Positions 1 to 8,700 of a stretch of 64,000 nucleotides of DNA are shown here, in pieces (position 1 is the first letter of the stretch; every line of letters starts with the position of its first letter). Source of the DNA: a virus. The notes below the pieces were generated by a model. It did no database searches and had not been told where the DNA came from. It saw only the letters and a list, made by a program, of their open reading frames with translations. The stretch is taken from the IMG/VR virus record IMGVR_UViG_3300007539_000009, positions 32,001-96,000 of that record. One strand, given 5' to 3'. Both the position numbers and the translations under genes were made by a program.

Positions 1-2
1 TA

Positions 3-521
3 GTCGGCATCGACTGTGGCTCCGTGAAAGCCGGCGTTGGGGTCCTAGCTCCGGACCCTGACGTCGGATTTTGGCTGTCTTACGCAGAGCGGTTCGACAT
101 GAAAGCCGGGCTTGTGTTCGAGGATCGTTTGGTATCGTTCGCTAAGCAGCTCGAGAGCTTCCTAGAAGAAGCGAACCCGACTCATGCGTTCATTGAGGAC
201 GTCTGGTTCAATCCAGGAGTCCCTAACCTGCGGTCTATGACTCAGGTCGCAAAGGTGGTAGGCGTGGCCTCAGCCATCACCCGAAGACGGGACATCCCGG
301 TTGTTCTGCTGAATGTCAAATCAGTTCGCCATATTCTAGGGGTGAAGGCTAATCGTGGCGATGTAGCCAAAAAGATAGTACGGAAGCAGATCAATAGGCG
401 CTTTGAGGAGGACCTGGCGTTGCTGGGCTACCCCAAGGGGCTGCTGACTGCGCATCAGGACGTGGCCGATGCAATAGCCGTTGCGTGGGCCGGTACTAAA
501 TGGAAAAGTACGGAGCAGTGA
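3..521 (+). CDS. ruvC: RuvC-like Holliday junction resolvase (5' end lies outside the window)
   Basis: The frame is open from base 3 and reads VGIDCGS (RuvC GID motif). AFIEDV, the K..LG.K segment and DVADAIAVA match the RuvC acidic catalytic motifs. Confidence 0.85.
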   Translation, partial: VGIDCGSVKAGVGVLAPDPDVGFWLSYAERFDMKAGLVFEDRLVSFAKQLESFLEEANPTHAFIEDVWFNPGVPNLRSMTQVAKVVGVASAITRRRDIPVVLLNVKSVRHILGVKANRGDVAKKIVRKQINRRFEEDLALLGYPKGLLTAHQDVADAIAVAWAGTKWKSTEQ

Positions 522-718
522 TCTGTCCCCAGCACGGGGATATCGGTCACGACCTTGGATACGATGGCTTCTCCCAGGACACCGAAACGTCAGTCTCACG
601 GTGCCCCCGATGTGGCCGAGTTCTGCTCGCTGCTGGGGGTGGGGATGGATCGGTACACGCACAAGGGGACGCGGACCTGGATCGTCTTAACCGCGCACCT
701 CAAAGCTCAGCTGGATGA
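500..718 (+). CDS. Small putative zinc-ribbon protein
   Basis: 72 aa with CPQH and CPRC pairs. It overlaps both neighbours, so its coding status is uncertain. Confidence 0.4.
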   Translation: MEKYGAVICPQHGDIGHDLGYDGFSQDTETSVSRCPRCGRVLLAAGGGDGSVHAQGDADLDRLNRAPQSSAG

Positions 719-1067
719 GCTCTGCGACCTGTCTCAGCGCAGCCCTTCTCGGCCGCTGATGTATATGGTCGGTTGGAGCATCCAGAACGGCCTGCTGGAC
801 GGGCTGCTGCCGGACGAAGGTATCTTCGACCCAGAGAACAAGCCCTACCTGATCCGAGACATCTGGGTCCCTGCTCGCTGGCTAGGCCGCGTTGCGGATA
901 TTGCGTTTGAGGCTGAGGTGTACCGAGACAGCCCAAACCACCTGATGGGCTTGTGCTTCCACTACGCGATCGCCCGGAAGCCGCTGGAAGAGTGGGGGAA
1001 GTTCTTCCGGGACGAGGAGGATCTAATCGAGCGGCTACATACCGCAATGCTGGCGCGCATCAAATGA
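645..1067 (+). CDS. Hypothetical protein, possibly tandem ribbon-helix-helix DNA-binding protein
   Basis: The ORF track start is 555; ATG 645 follows GGGGTGGGG. Two strand-helix-helix-like units (TWIVL-TAHLKAQLDELC; IRDIWV-PARWLGRVADIA). The stop overlaps the next ATG (ATGA). Confidence 0.6.
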   Translation: MDRYTHKGTRTWIVLTAHLKAQLDELCDLSQRSPSRPLMYMVGWSIQNGLLDGLLPDEGIFDPENKPYLIRDIWVPARWLGRVADIAFEAEVYRDSPNHLMGLCFHYAIARKPLEEWGKFFRDEEDLIERLHTAMLARIK

Positions 1068-1489
1068 CTGATACAGACTTCACTACCGGCGACGTCGACA
1101 AGCTCAAGGCAGCTATCGACTCCGCAAACAAGCTCGAGAACCTCGGCGACCTCGCAGGGCAGAGCGCCTTCGAGATCGATTGGGAAGAGCTCAACCTCAA
1201 TAGGGGCCGGTACGTGATGACTGGTCGCTCGGCGGTAGTCCCTACGTACGGCGGTCTGACTAAGATCGTGTTTCATATCACTCGGGGCTCGATCAACGAC
1301 CTTGAGAAGATTGCAGAGGCCCTGGCGTTAGCAACCCAGGGCCTTGACATTACCGGCACGTTTGCGGAAGCCGGGCAATCACCAGTGATACGAGGTCAGT
1401 GGGACTTCGTTCTCTTCCAGGTTCCTGCCGTGAACGCTCACAACGTTCACTCTTACTTGCGAGACGCTGCACTGCGTGCCCTGACGTGA
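1064..1489 (+). CDS. Hypothetical protein
   Basis: ATGA overlap with the upstream gene at 1064-1067 and GTGA overlap with the sigma gene at 1486-1489. Confidence 0.7.
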   Translation: MTDTDFTTGDVDKLKAAIDSANKLENLGDLAGQSAFEIDWEELNLNRGRYVMTGRSAVVPTYGGLTKIVFHITRGSINDLEKIAEALALATQGLDITGTFAEAGQSPVIRGQWDFVLFQVPAVNAHNVHSYLRDAALRALT

Positions 1490-2337
1490 ACGAATACCAC
1501 GAACGCTATCTACAAGGTCTAACCGCTAAGTATCCCGTACTTGATCGTGAATACGAGCGGCAGCTGCTGCTTCGTGTCGATCTGCACGGAGACCCTGTGG
1601 CTCGAGAGCTGCTGTTCAAGCACAACGTGCGGCTCATCATCAACTGCGTTCAGAAGTTCTGCCACGTCAACGACCCACGCTTCCAGGACTTGTTCCAAGC
1701 TGGGTCAATGAGCATCTTCACCGCCATCGACCGCTTCGATACGTCACGAATGCGAGACGACGGCAAGCCGATCAAGTTCTCCACCTTCGCCGTGTGGTGG
1801 ATCATGGCTGGTGTTCGATCGGAGCTACAGAAGCTGCAGATCAAGACGCCGCCTAGTTTCCAGAAGCTGCGTGCCGACTTCCAGAAAGCAGCGAGAGAGC
1901 TTCGCAAAGAGCTCAAGTACACACCGAACGAAGACGAGGTGTTCGCCCGGCTGGAGTGGAGTGAGATCGACAGGGCACTGTACGAGATCAGCTGTGATCG
2001 ACAGATCGTTTCCCTATCCAACATCACCGCATCTGGTAGCTCTGACTCTGTAGGATCAGACGACCTAGTAGATGGCAAAGACACTGAATCGCTAGCTATC
2101 GAAGCGCTTCAGCAAGAGGACCTCGCGGCTGCAATAGCGCAAGCACTTGAAGGTCTCGAACCGATAGAGGCTGATATCGTTCGCCGGCACAACGGCCTTG
2201 GCGGTGAGGAGCCGCAGAGCTGCGAGCAGATATCACACGTGTACCTGATGACGCGTGAGCAAGTCCGTGACATACACGCAGGCGCCCTTGCGCAGCTTTG
2301 GGTGCTCCTAGAAGAGCTCAAAACGCAGGTCGAATAG
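1486..2337 (+). CDS. Phage-encoded sigma-70 family RNA polymerase sigma factor (no region 1.1)
   Basis: Region 2.1 ARELLFKHNVRLIINCVQKF, region 2.2 FQDLFQAGSMSIFTAIDRFD, region 2.3 KFSTFAVWWI, and a region 4 HTH-like segment GLGGEEPQSCEQISHVYLMTREQVR. GTG start is coupled to the upstream stop. Confidence 0.9.
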   Translation: MNEYHERYLQGLTAKYPVLDREYERQLLLRVDLHGDPVARELLFKHNVRLIINCVQKFCHVNDPRFQDLFQAGSMSIFTAIDRFDTSRMRDDGKPIKFSTFAVWWIMAGVRSELQKLQIKTPPSFQKLRADFQKAARELRKELKYTPNEDEVFARLEWSEIDRALYEISCDRQIVSLSNITASGSSDSVGSDDLVDGKDTESLAIEALQQEDLAAAIAQALEGLEPIEADIVRRHNGLGGEEPQSCEQISHVYLMTREQVRDIHAGALAQLWVLLEELKTQVE

Positions 2338-2395
2338 GGCCGCAAAACAGGCCCAAACACTGCCAAAAATGACGTGTTTTCTGCCAGAAGTCTAT

Positions 2396-2452
2396 TGAGG
2401 GAACGTGTACCAACGTGGTGCACGCCCTCTTTCGTAGACCTCCAGCAGAGGA
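2396..2452 (+). promoter_or_regulatory. Conserved 57-bp structured leader, copy 1 (hairpin plus SD)
   Basis: 54/57 identical to 3123-3179. Contains GAGGG-AA-CGTGTACCA-ACG-TGGTGCACG-CCCTC and ends in AGAGGA, 7 nt before GTG 2460. Confidence 0.75.
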
Positions 2453-2459
2453 CAAAGCA

Positions 2460-2927
2460 GTGAACAACTTCAGCGACGACTTCAGCGGCTCCTTCAGCGA
2501 CAAGCCCAACGCCTCGACCAACGAGGCGAATCGCCGTCGGCGCCAGGAGAAGCGCGAGGCCGAGAAGGCCGCGCGCGCGGAGGCCAGGGACGAGGAGGCG
2601 CAGGACATTCTGCGCAAGATCGGGAGCGCAGCCGAGGGGAGCACAGATCCGCTCATGAAGCGCCTGCCGACGCTCGTCGAACAGGGCATCGCCCTGGTCA
2701 AGCACGAGTACAAGCGCTACACGCGCCTGTCTGTGCTGATGTGGGCGGGCGTCGCCATGGCCTTCGCCGGCCTGCTGGCGAACGGCGTGGGGACGTTCTT
2801 CGTCGCCAACCTGGAAAGCGGATCGGACATGTACCGGTCCGCGTTCCTCCTCACGTGGCTCTCCGGAGCCGTGGCCTTCGCCGGTCTGATGACCGGCGCC
2901 ATCTGCGGAATCATCCGCCGGCGGTGA
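2460..2927 (+). CDS. Hypothetical membrane protein (two C-terminal hydrophobic helices)
   Basis: SD AGAGGA before GTG 2460. Charged coiled N-terminal half, then LSVLMWAGVAMAFAGLLANGVGTFFV and AFLLTWLSGAVAFAGLMTGAICGII. High GC3. Confidence 0.75.
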   Translation: MNNFSDDFSGSFSDKPNASTNEANRRRRQEKREAEKAARAEARDEEAQDILRKIGSAAEGSTDPLMKRLPTLVEQGIALVKHEYKRYTRLSVLMWAGVAMAFAGLLANGVGTFFVANLESGSDMYRSAFLLTWLSGAVAFAGLMTGAICGIIRRR

Positions 2928-2934
2928 CAAGTAT

Positions 2935-3039
2935 TCCTGACATCAGTTGCCCCTAGTAGGGTGTCAGGATCGATCGGTACTACTGGGGGCGGATCAGCTT
3001 CCTGCACGACTCGGGTACACCGAGCTCAAGTCGTGTAGG
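2935..3039 (+). ncRNA. Candidate structured RNA: H-type pseudoknot followed by a stem-loop
   Basis: Pairings 2935-2944/2960-2969 (10 bp), 2949-2959/2980-2990 (11 bp) and 3001-3011/3029-3039 (11 bp). Each has one G-U pair, favouring the + strand. Intergenic. Confidence 0.4.
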
Positions 3040-3122
3040 CGTACGGGTTCCACGAACGGGCCTGCGAGCCAGCCGCGAATTGTCCTGCGGGCCGAGCATC
3101 TCGAGGACGGCATCTGTCTTGC

Positions 3123-3179
3123 TGAGGGAATGTGTACCAATGTGGTGCACGCCCTCTTTCGTAGACTTCCAGCAGAGGA
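3123..3179 (+). promoter_or_regulatory. Conserved 57-bp structured leader, copy 2
   Basis: Direct repeat of 2396-2452 with three C/T differences. SD AGAGGA lies 8 nt before ATG 3188. Confidence 0.75.
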
Positions 3180-3187
3180 AAACCAAC

Positions 3188-3712
3188 ATGCAGTTCATCA
3201 ACCTGACGTCCCACGACGTCGTTCTGAACAGCGGCGTCACCATCCCCGCCTCGGGGACCGTGGCGCGCGTCGCCGCCAACTACGGCGACTTCGACGCTGA
3301 CGGCATCGCCGTCCAGTCCTTCGGGCAGGTTCAGGATCTGCCCGACCCCGCTCCGGGAGTTACCTACGTCGTGAGCGCGCTGGTGCTCTCGGCGTCCGAC
3401 CGGACCGATCTGGTGGCCCCGGCCACCGGTCACCCGGACTGCGTCCGGGACGACTCGGGACGCATCAGCAGCGTCCCGGGGTTTGTGCAGTCGGCTAAGG
3501 CCGCTGCGCAAGCGGACCGCCGCGCGGCGGCGGACCAAGTGGTGGCGGCGTTGAACGCCGGCACCTTCACTGCGGCCGACGCGCGTCGGCTGCCCTGGGA
3601 CGTCGCGAACTCCGTGTTCGCACGCGACGACTGGGACCCTGACGCCGTCACTGACGGCGTGTTCGACGCGCTCCAGGACCTCGCCGACGCCTACGTCGGA
3701 GGTGTCCAGTGA
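3188..3712 (+). CDS. Conserved phage hypothetical protein (INLT.H family)
   Basis: MQFINLTSHD...IPASGTVARV...LPDPAPGVTYVVS...RTDLVAP...VRDDSGRI resembles a recurrent small phage family. SD present, very high GC3. Confidence 0.75.
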   Translation: MQFINLTSHDVVLNSGVTIPASGTVARVAANYGDFDADGIAVQSFGQVQDLPDPAPGVTYVVSALVLSASDRTDLVAPATGHPDCVRDDSGRISSVPGFVQSAKAAAQADRRAAADQVVAALNAGTFTAADARRLPWDVANSVFARDDWDPDAVTDGVFDALQDLADAYVGGVQ

Positions 3713-4161
3713 TCGCCGTCACCCCGGCGGGCGTGCCGATCGGGCACGCGGACCACTCATTGACGGAGGCCCACTGGGCCTTCATCGATGAGGTCATGAG
3801 GGAGGAGCCGCAGGACGGCTTCTTCCGACTCGCTGTGCGGCTCCCCGACGAGCTGCCGAGCCTGCCGTCGGCCCTGTACGGGCCGGCGTGCGATGACGAT
3901 CCCATCAAAGACGATGAGGTCGAGTACGTGGTTCGAGGCAACCGCCCCGGGCCGTCGCGACTCATCGACCGTCCTCACCGCGAGGGCCGATGGGTCGTGG
4001 TCATCGGCCTCGGAGTGCTCTCCGAGAGGCCGATGATCTTCACGGCCTACGGGTCGTTGAACGCGGTCATCTCACCGCGTGAATGGTGGGATGCTTCCAT
4101 GCGCCCTGCCGAGGCCATCGAGTCCGCCCAGTTCTGGGCGGAGCACGCACTGGCCAAGTAG
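3709..4161 (+). CDS. Hypothetical protein
   Basis: SD GGAGGT, GTGA overlap, high GC3, followed by a terminator. Confidence 0.75.
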   Translation: MIAVTPAGVPIGHADHSLTEAHWAFIDEVMREEPQDGFFRLAVRLPDELPSLPSALYGPACDDDPIKDDEVEYVVRGNRPGPSRLIDRPHREGRWVVVIGLGVLSERPMIFTAYGSLNAVISPREWWDASMRPAEAIESAQFWAEHALAK

Positions 4162-4182
4162 CACGGCCCTTGGGCCGCGTCC

Positions 4183-4207
4183 AGAGACCCTTCGGGGTCT
4201 CTTTTTT
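4183..4207 (+). terminator. Intrinsic terminator
   Basis: AGAGACCC-TTCG-GGGTCTCT (C-UUCG-G loop) followed by a T tract, just after the 3709-4161 stop. Confidence 0.85.
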
Positions 4208-4228
4208 ACTCGCTGCTCTTGTTTTACA

Positions 4229-4270
4229 TGAAAGAAGGAGCCATCAGCTGGCCGGCTGGTGGCTCCTTCA
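4229..4270 (-). terminator. Probable terminator of the minus-strand structural transcript
   Basis: About 15-bp stem at 4234-4269 just downstream of the 4292 stop, with a short U-rich tail on the minus strand. Convergent with the + strand terminator. Confidence 0.55.
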
Positions 4271-4291
4271 CTTCAGGAGGGGGGTCTGGGA

Positions 4292-4675
4292 TCAATACAG
4301 ATGGGAGTCTGACTTTGCGGCTGTATAGCCTTCTGCTACGCGCTGCTTGCCGTAGCGCTTAGCCCGACTGCGATCCTTGACTTCGTCGTGAACGTACTCT
4401 GCCTTGTGCGACGGCAGGAAGCCTTTGGCTCGCTTCTTTCTGTATCGATCGTGCTTCACCTGCACCTCACCCGGGCTGACTATACCTCTAGGGTCGTAGC
4501 CGTGCGCCACCAGCTCGCGCTCAAAGCCACGAGCCATTGTGCGGTCCTGCACCCGCTCAGAGTACGTGGTCGACTTCTTCCTACCTAAGCCAGGGAAGAT
4601 CGATCGACGCTCGGTCGTAAGCTCAGCGGCGATCTTGTAAAGCTCGTCGCAGTAAGCAGCACCGAGGTCCATCAC
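4292..4675 (-). CDS. Small basic protein with N-terminal DELxKIA tag (putative internal head protein)
   Basis: N-terminus MMDLGAAYCDELYKIAA, Arg/Lys-rich body, overlaps the tube gene stop. Confidence 0.7.
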   Translation of the reverse strand: MMDLGAAYCDELYKIAAELTTERRSIFPGLGRKKSTTYSERVQDRTMARGFERELVAHGYDPRGIVSPGEVQVKHDRYRKKRAKGFLPSHKAEYVHDEVKDRSRAKRYGKQRVAEGYTAAKSDSHLY

Positions 4676-5421
4676 GCGCCAGCTGAGTTGGTCGACAGCT
4701 GAATCGGGGCAATGCGGTCGAACTGCCCTGAGACGTTTTCAGTCATCACAACAGTCGAAGCATCGACCATCATGTTGTGTGTCTCAATATAGCAGTCCTC
4801 AAGGTACATAGCGCCGTACGGCCGGTCACGCGTGTCCTTGAACACTAGTGCCATACCGAACGGAACATTGAACAGCTCCGAGGTCAGGTTGGTGAAGAAG
4901 TCACGGTTCTGAACCTCAGTCGTTGATCCGCCCCAACCCGGTGCCACATCAAGCACTTTGTCTGGGAAGAGCTCGTTGTACGTCTCCAAGTAGGAGATCG
5001 GCTGCCCCTGCTCGTCAGGATCGATGAGCAACTCAGTACCGAACTCACCCAGTTTCTGGCCAGGGCCGATCGGAGCGAGCGCGTAGAGCAGACGCATCAA
5101 GCTCGGGCCGTAGAACAGGAAGCGCGAGACCGTGAAGTTCGCGAACATCCGTCCGGGCACCAAGTAGCTGCGCTTAGAGCCAATCTCGAACAGACGGCTG
5201 AGCTGCCTGTTCTGCGCGACCTGAATGCCTTGCAGCAGCCCAATCGGGATCAGCGAGTTGGTAGCGGTGAACCCCACTGCCGTGGGGTCGCCGGGTGTGA
5301 GCATGTCCAGACGAGCCGGACCGGCAAGCACCAGCGTCGACTCAGACGACACATACTCGCCGTTCTTGATCTCTGTCTGGACGTGCTCGTTAGTCCAGTT
5401 CCAGTTGAGGTAGCTCGTCAT
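4672..5421 (-). CDS. Tail tube protein (contractile tail)
   Basis: PIGLLQGIQVAQNRQLSRLFEIGS...VSRFLFYG...PFGMALVFKD...YLEDCYI pattern of tube proteins. Lies directly downstream of the sheath gene. Confidence 0.7.
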   Translation of the reverse strand: MTSYLNWNWTNEHVQTEIKNGEYVSSESTLVLAGPARLDMLTPGDPTAVGFTATNSLIPIGLLQGIQVAQNRQLSRLFEIGSKRSYLVPGRMFANFTVSRFLFYGPSLMRLLYALAPIGPGQKLGEFGTELLIDPDEQGQPISYLETYNELFPDKVLDVAPGWGGSTTEVQNRDFFTNLTSELFNVPFGMALVFKDTRDRPYGAMYLEDCYIETHNMMVDASTVVMTENVSGQFDRIAPIQLSTNSAGA

Positions 5422-5439
5422 TGGATGATGTTGTTTCTT

Positions 5440-5721
5440 TTAGGACTTGCGCCGGCCACGAGCCGAGCGCTGCTTGTCTCGCTCTCTTTTGTGCGCAGCA
5501 GCCGCTCCGACGCCTGAGCCAGCCACAACACCTACTGGTCCTGCGAGCGCGCCGCCAGCGAGGGAGCCGGCGAGGGAGCCGGCAGCAGACCGCCAACGAC
5601 TACCGTGCTCTGCACCGATAGCAGCGCCGATCGGCCCAAGCAGCGCTCCACCAGCACCAGCTGCTCCTGCGCCTGCAATCTTGGCCAGTTCGTCAACAAA
5701 TCCGAGAACGGTTGAGGTCAT
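5440..5721 (-). CDS. Small glycine-zipper protein with DELxKIA tag
   Basis: MTSTVLGFVDELAKIAG, then Gly/Ala zipper helices and a basic tail. TGATG coupling to the sheath gene. Confidence 0.7.
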   Translation of the reverse strand: MTSTVLGFVDELAKIAGAGAAGAGGALLGPIGAAIGAEHGSRWRSAAGSLAGSLAGGALAGPVGVVAGSGVGAAAAHKRERDKQRSARGRRKS

Positions 5722-8700
5722 CAGATGAAGATGAAGATGGTGCCTTGCGAGGCGGAGAAGAAAGGTTCGACCTGGTACTCCATGATGAAGCCGTCCGGCT
5801 GATCCGGGTCGTCTTCGATCTTGTTGAGTTTGATCGACTTGATGTGCTTCTGCTCGAGGATCGAGTTTCGCACGCCTTGCTGGATGCCTGAGAGAACGTC
5901 GTAGAAGCCCTCGTCTCGGATGTAGGTACCGAGGATCGGGCGAATCGCCGCGCGCAGCAGTCGAGCGAAGTTGTCGATCTGCGTGGTTACTGCGTCCTCG
6001 TAGAACTCCACAGCCGTGGTGTCCGTAGTCAGAGCGCGGATGGCGCTGACCGTAGCTCCTTCGCCGCCAGGCTGCTGCATGTAGTAGTTGCCGGCGTTGA
6101 TGATGACGTCCTGGTCGTCAGCGCTGCCCGAGAACGGGTCGATGATCGACTGGATACCAGAGCCGGCAACCTTCGTCAGCGGCCGTGCAGGGCCGTACTC
6201 AGCGCGCTTGGCTGCTTCGATCGCGCAGGCGTACTGCATGCCCGCCTGGTAGTCCACGACGTCCTCATTCACCGTTCCGTAGAACCCGGTGGTGTCTGTG
6301 AACGTCAGCAGGCAGCGAGACGGGAAGATGTTGCGGACACGCCGCTCACTGATCGCATCGGTGTAGGCTGCGATCGAATCACGGAACTCCGTGGTCGATA
6401 GCAGCTTTGACTTGATCGTGTAGGCCGTCACAGTCAGGTCTGTCACGCCCTTGGCAATATTCCCGTCGGGAATCATTGTCAGAGTCGTAGTAGAGCCAAC
6501 TACGTTGACGACTGTGATTCGACCGGAGAAGTCGATCAGTGTCGTGCCATCGAAGGCTGTGCCTGAGAACTCATCACCGACGATGATGTCGTCTACGGCG
6601 GTAAGGTCACGCTGGACTGTGACTGTCTGGACGCCGCCCGGATCAGTGCGGCTGATCATCGGAGCGTCACCCGACTGCAGCGAGGACTTGTCCTCCTGCG
6701 TGACGTGCCACTTCGACTGGTACAGGATCCGCTCCCGCTTGTTGACGGGCAGCGACTGTGTCAGTACATGCGTCTGAGCTGCAGACAGCACCAGGTCGTC
6801 TTGGGTCAGCGGGACGATCGAGTAGACCGCATCGCTGGCCGCTGCCGCAAAGGCCGTGTTCCAGGCTGTGACGTTGTTGTCGCCGACCTGCAGGCAGTAC
6901 ACCTCTGTGTTGGTGTTCTGCGTGGCAAGCTGCGCGGCTAGCGCCAGCGGGTTGTCCGGAACCGGATCCCCCAGAAGCGACTGGTAGGTGCTGGCCGTGA
7001 CCCGGATGAACGTGTCTGTCGACGTGTTCAAGATCTCGGCGTAGCTCAGCTTGACCGTGCCTTCGAGGCTGGCACCAGACAGTGTCTTCTCAACTGTGTA
7101 GTTGAGGGAGCTCGCTGCATCGGCGCTACCCACAAGGAGGATGTCGTCACCAAGCACATCCGGGCTTGCGGCGATGTCTACTGCCGTCTGGAAGTAGATT
7201 GCACCCTTGACCGTCTGAGTGTCCGGCACGTTGTTCGGGCTGGTCGAGAGCTGCGTAATCTCGAGCGTCGAGTCGTTAACTACGCGCTTGACCGTGAAGT
7301 CAGCCCGCAGCGGGCGACGAACGCTGAACCCGATGTCTTCGATCGTCTCGTTCGACTGGAGAACGATGCCCTTGTTCGGGTGATCTTTGACCGTAAGCTG
7401 CGTAGCGCTGTCTTGCGTGATGACCACGAACAGCAAAACACCCGCGTCGCTAAACACGAGGTCACCCGCTGCGACGCCGTCGGCGCCGAAATCAGTGGAG
7501 CCGTTAGCGGTAAGTACGCGCTCCCCGCTGACGTTCTCCGCGCCGATGTCCGCTGTGTCCCCAGTCAGGGGCGAACCCGGGTTGCAGATTACGTAGTCGA
7601 CGTTAGATGCCGACAGCGTGTCCGAGTACATCTCGCCGAACTCGCGGACGACCAGCGTGTTGTCTGTGCCCGGCGAATGCCCGGACGGGCTCGGGCTAGT
7701 CAGGTTGCCGGCATTTGTGATCTCGAACACCGGGCGATAGATACCGTCAGTGTCCTTGATGAGGATGTGGTCGCCGACCTCTACTGTGCCGGGGAAGCCG
7801 GTGATAGCGGTGTCGATGAAGTTTCGAAGACCAGCTGCGTCAGCTGCCGAGAACGAACCTGTGGTGCCGCTCGCGCCTGCGCGCGGCGCGTAGGTGTACG
7901 CGCGGAAGGCTACGCCTTCGTTCGGGTCCGCATCTACGTAGTCAGGCAGGTCGCCACTGGCAAAGTCCTGAACTATGTGCTGGTCAGTAGCCGCAGTCTC
8001 GTCAGAGACTGTGTAGAACACCGGGCGATACTCAGCGTTCTCGTTCTGCGTGAAGAAGATCGTGCCAGTGAACGCAGCGTTGTCCCAGACTGTGACGGTG
8101 GTGCCGGCAGAGGGCAACGTCACAACACGCTGGTTACTGGCAACAGCGATTGCAGGGCTGCTGAGCAGTGACCCCTCGCTCTGCCCGACCTGGTCGAACT
8201 CAAGGCCGATGCCCTGGCTTCGGATGCTCCAGTGGTCGAGGAACAGGACGTCACCTTGCTTGACGCCCGTACCCGTCGAACCGAAGCCGCCGGCTGTGTT
8301 GAATGCTGTACTGGTGCTGCGAAGCGTGCGGATGCCGTTCGCATCCTCAGGCTCGACCAGGATCTTGGCTGCCTCGACTGCGCCGATAGTGCTCGGCCCT
8401 TTGTCTAGGCGGGTGACCAACAGCTGGTCGTCACTGATCAGGCCGCCGCTGGCAACCTTGTACGTAGACACGCCGTTGACCTTGATGATGTCTCCATCAC
8501 CTACTTGGTCAATGACGAAGTCAGCCGACGAATCAGTAAAGCTGCTCTCTGTCGGCGTATCGGTATCAACGGCGAACACACCGGCGGTACCTGATGCGAT
8601 CTCGAAGGTCGCGCTGGCGCCAGCAGCAATGGAGAAGTTCGGTGTGGTTGCCGACTCATCCAGGTTGGCGAAAGACACACCAGTCGTGATCTCCGCTGTG

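Noticed and set aside
2109-2930. 273-aa minus-strand ORF across the sigma end and the membrane-protein gene
   Set aside because: Antisense to two well-supported genes and runs through the regulatory repeat; no motifs.
2925-3038. Stop-codon readthrough at TGA 2925-2927 stimulated by the downstream pseudoknot
   Set aside because: The spacing (7 nt) is suggestive, but readthrough adds only 36 residues without recognisable features before TAG 3036-3038. Not supported without ribosome data.
2396-3179. Two 57-bp repeats as a CRISPR array, DGR TR/VR pair or att sites
   Set aside because: Only two copies, about 730 bp apart with a gene between them. Differences are C/T rather than at adenines. No cas, reverse transcriptase or integrase gene in the window.
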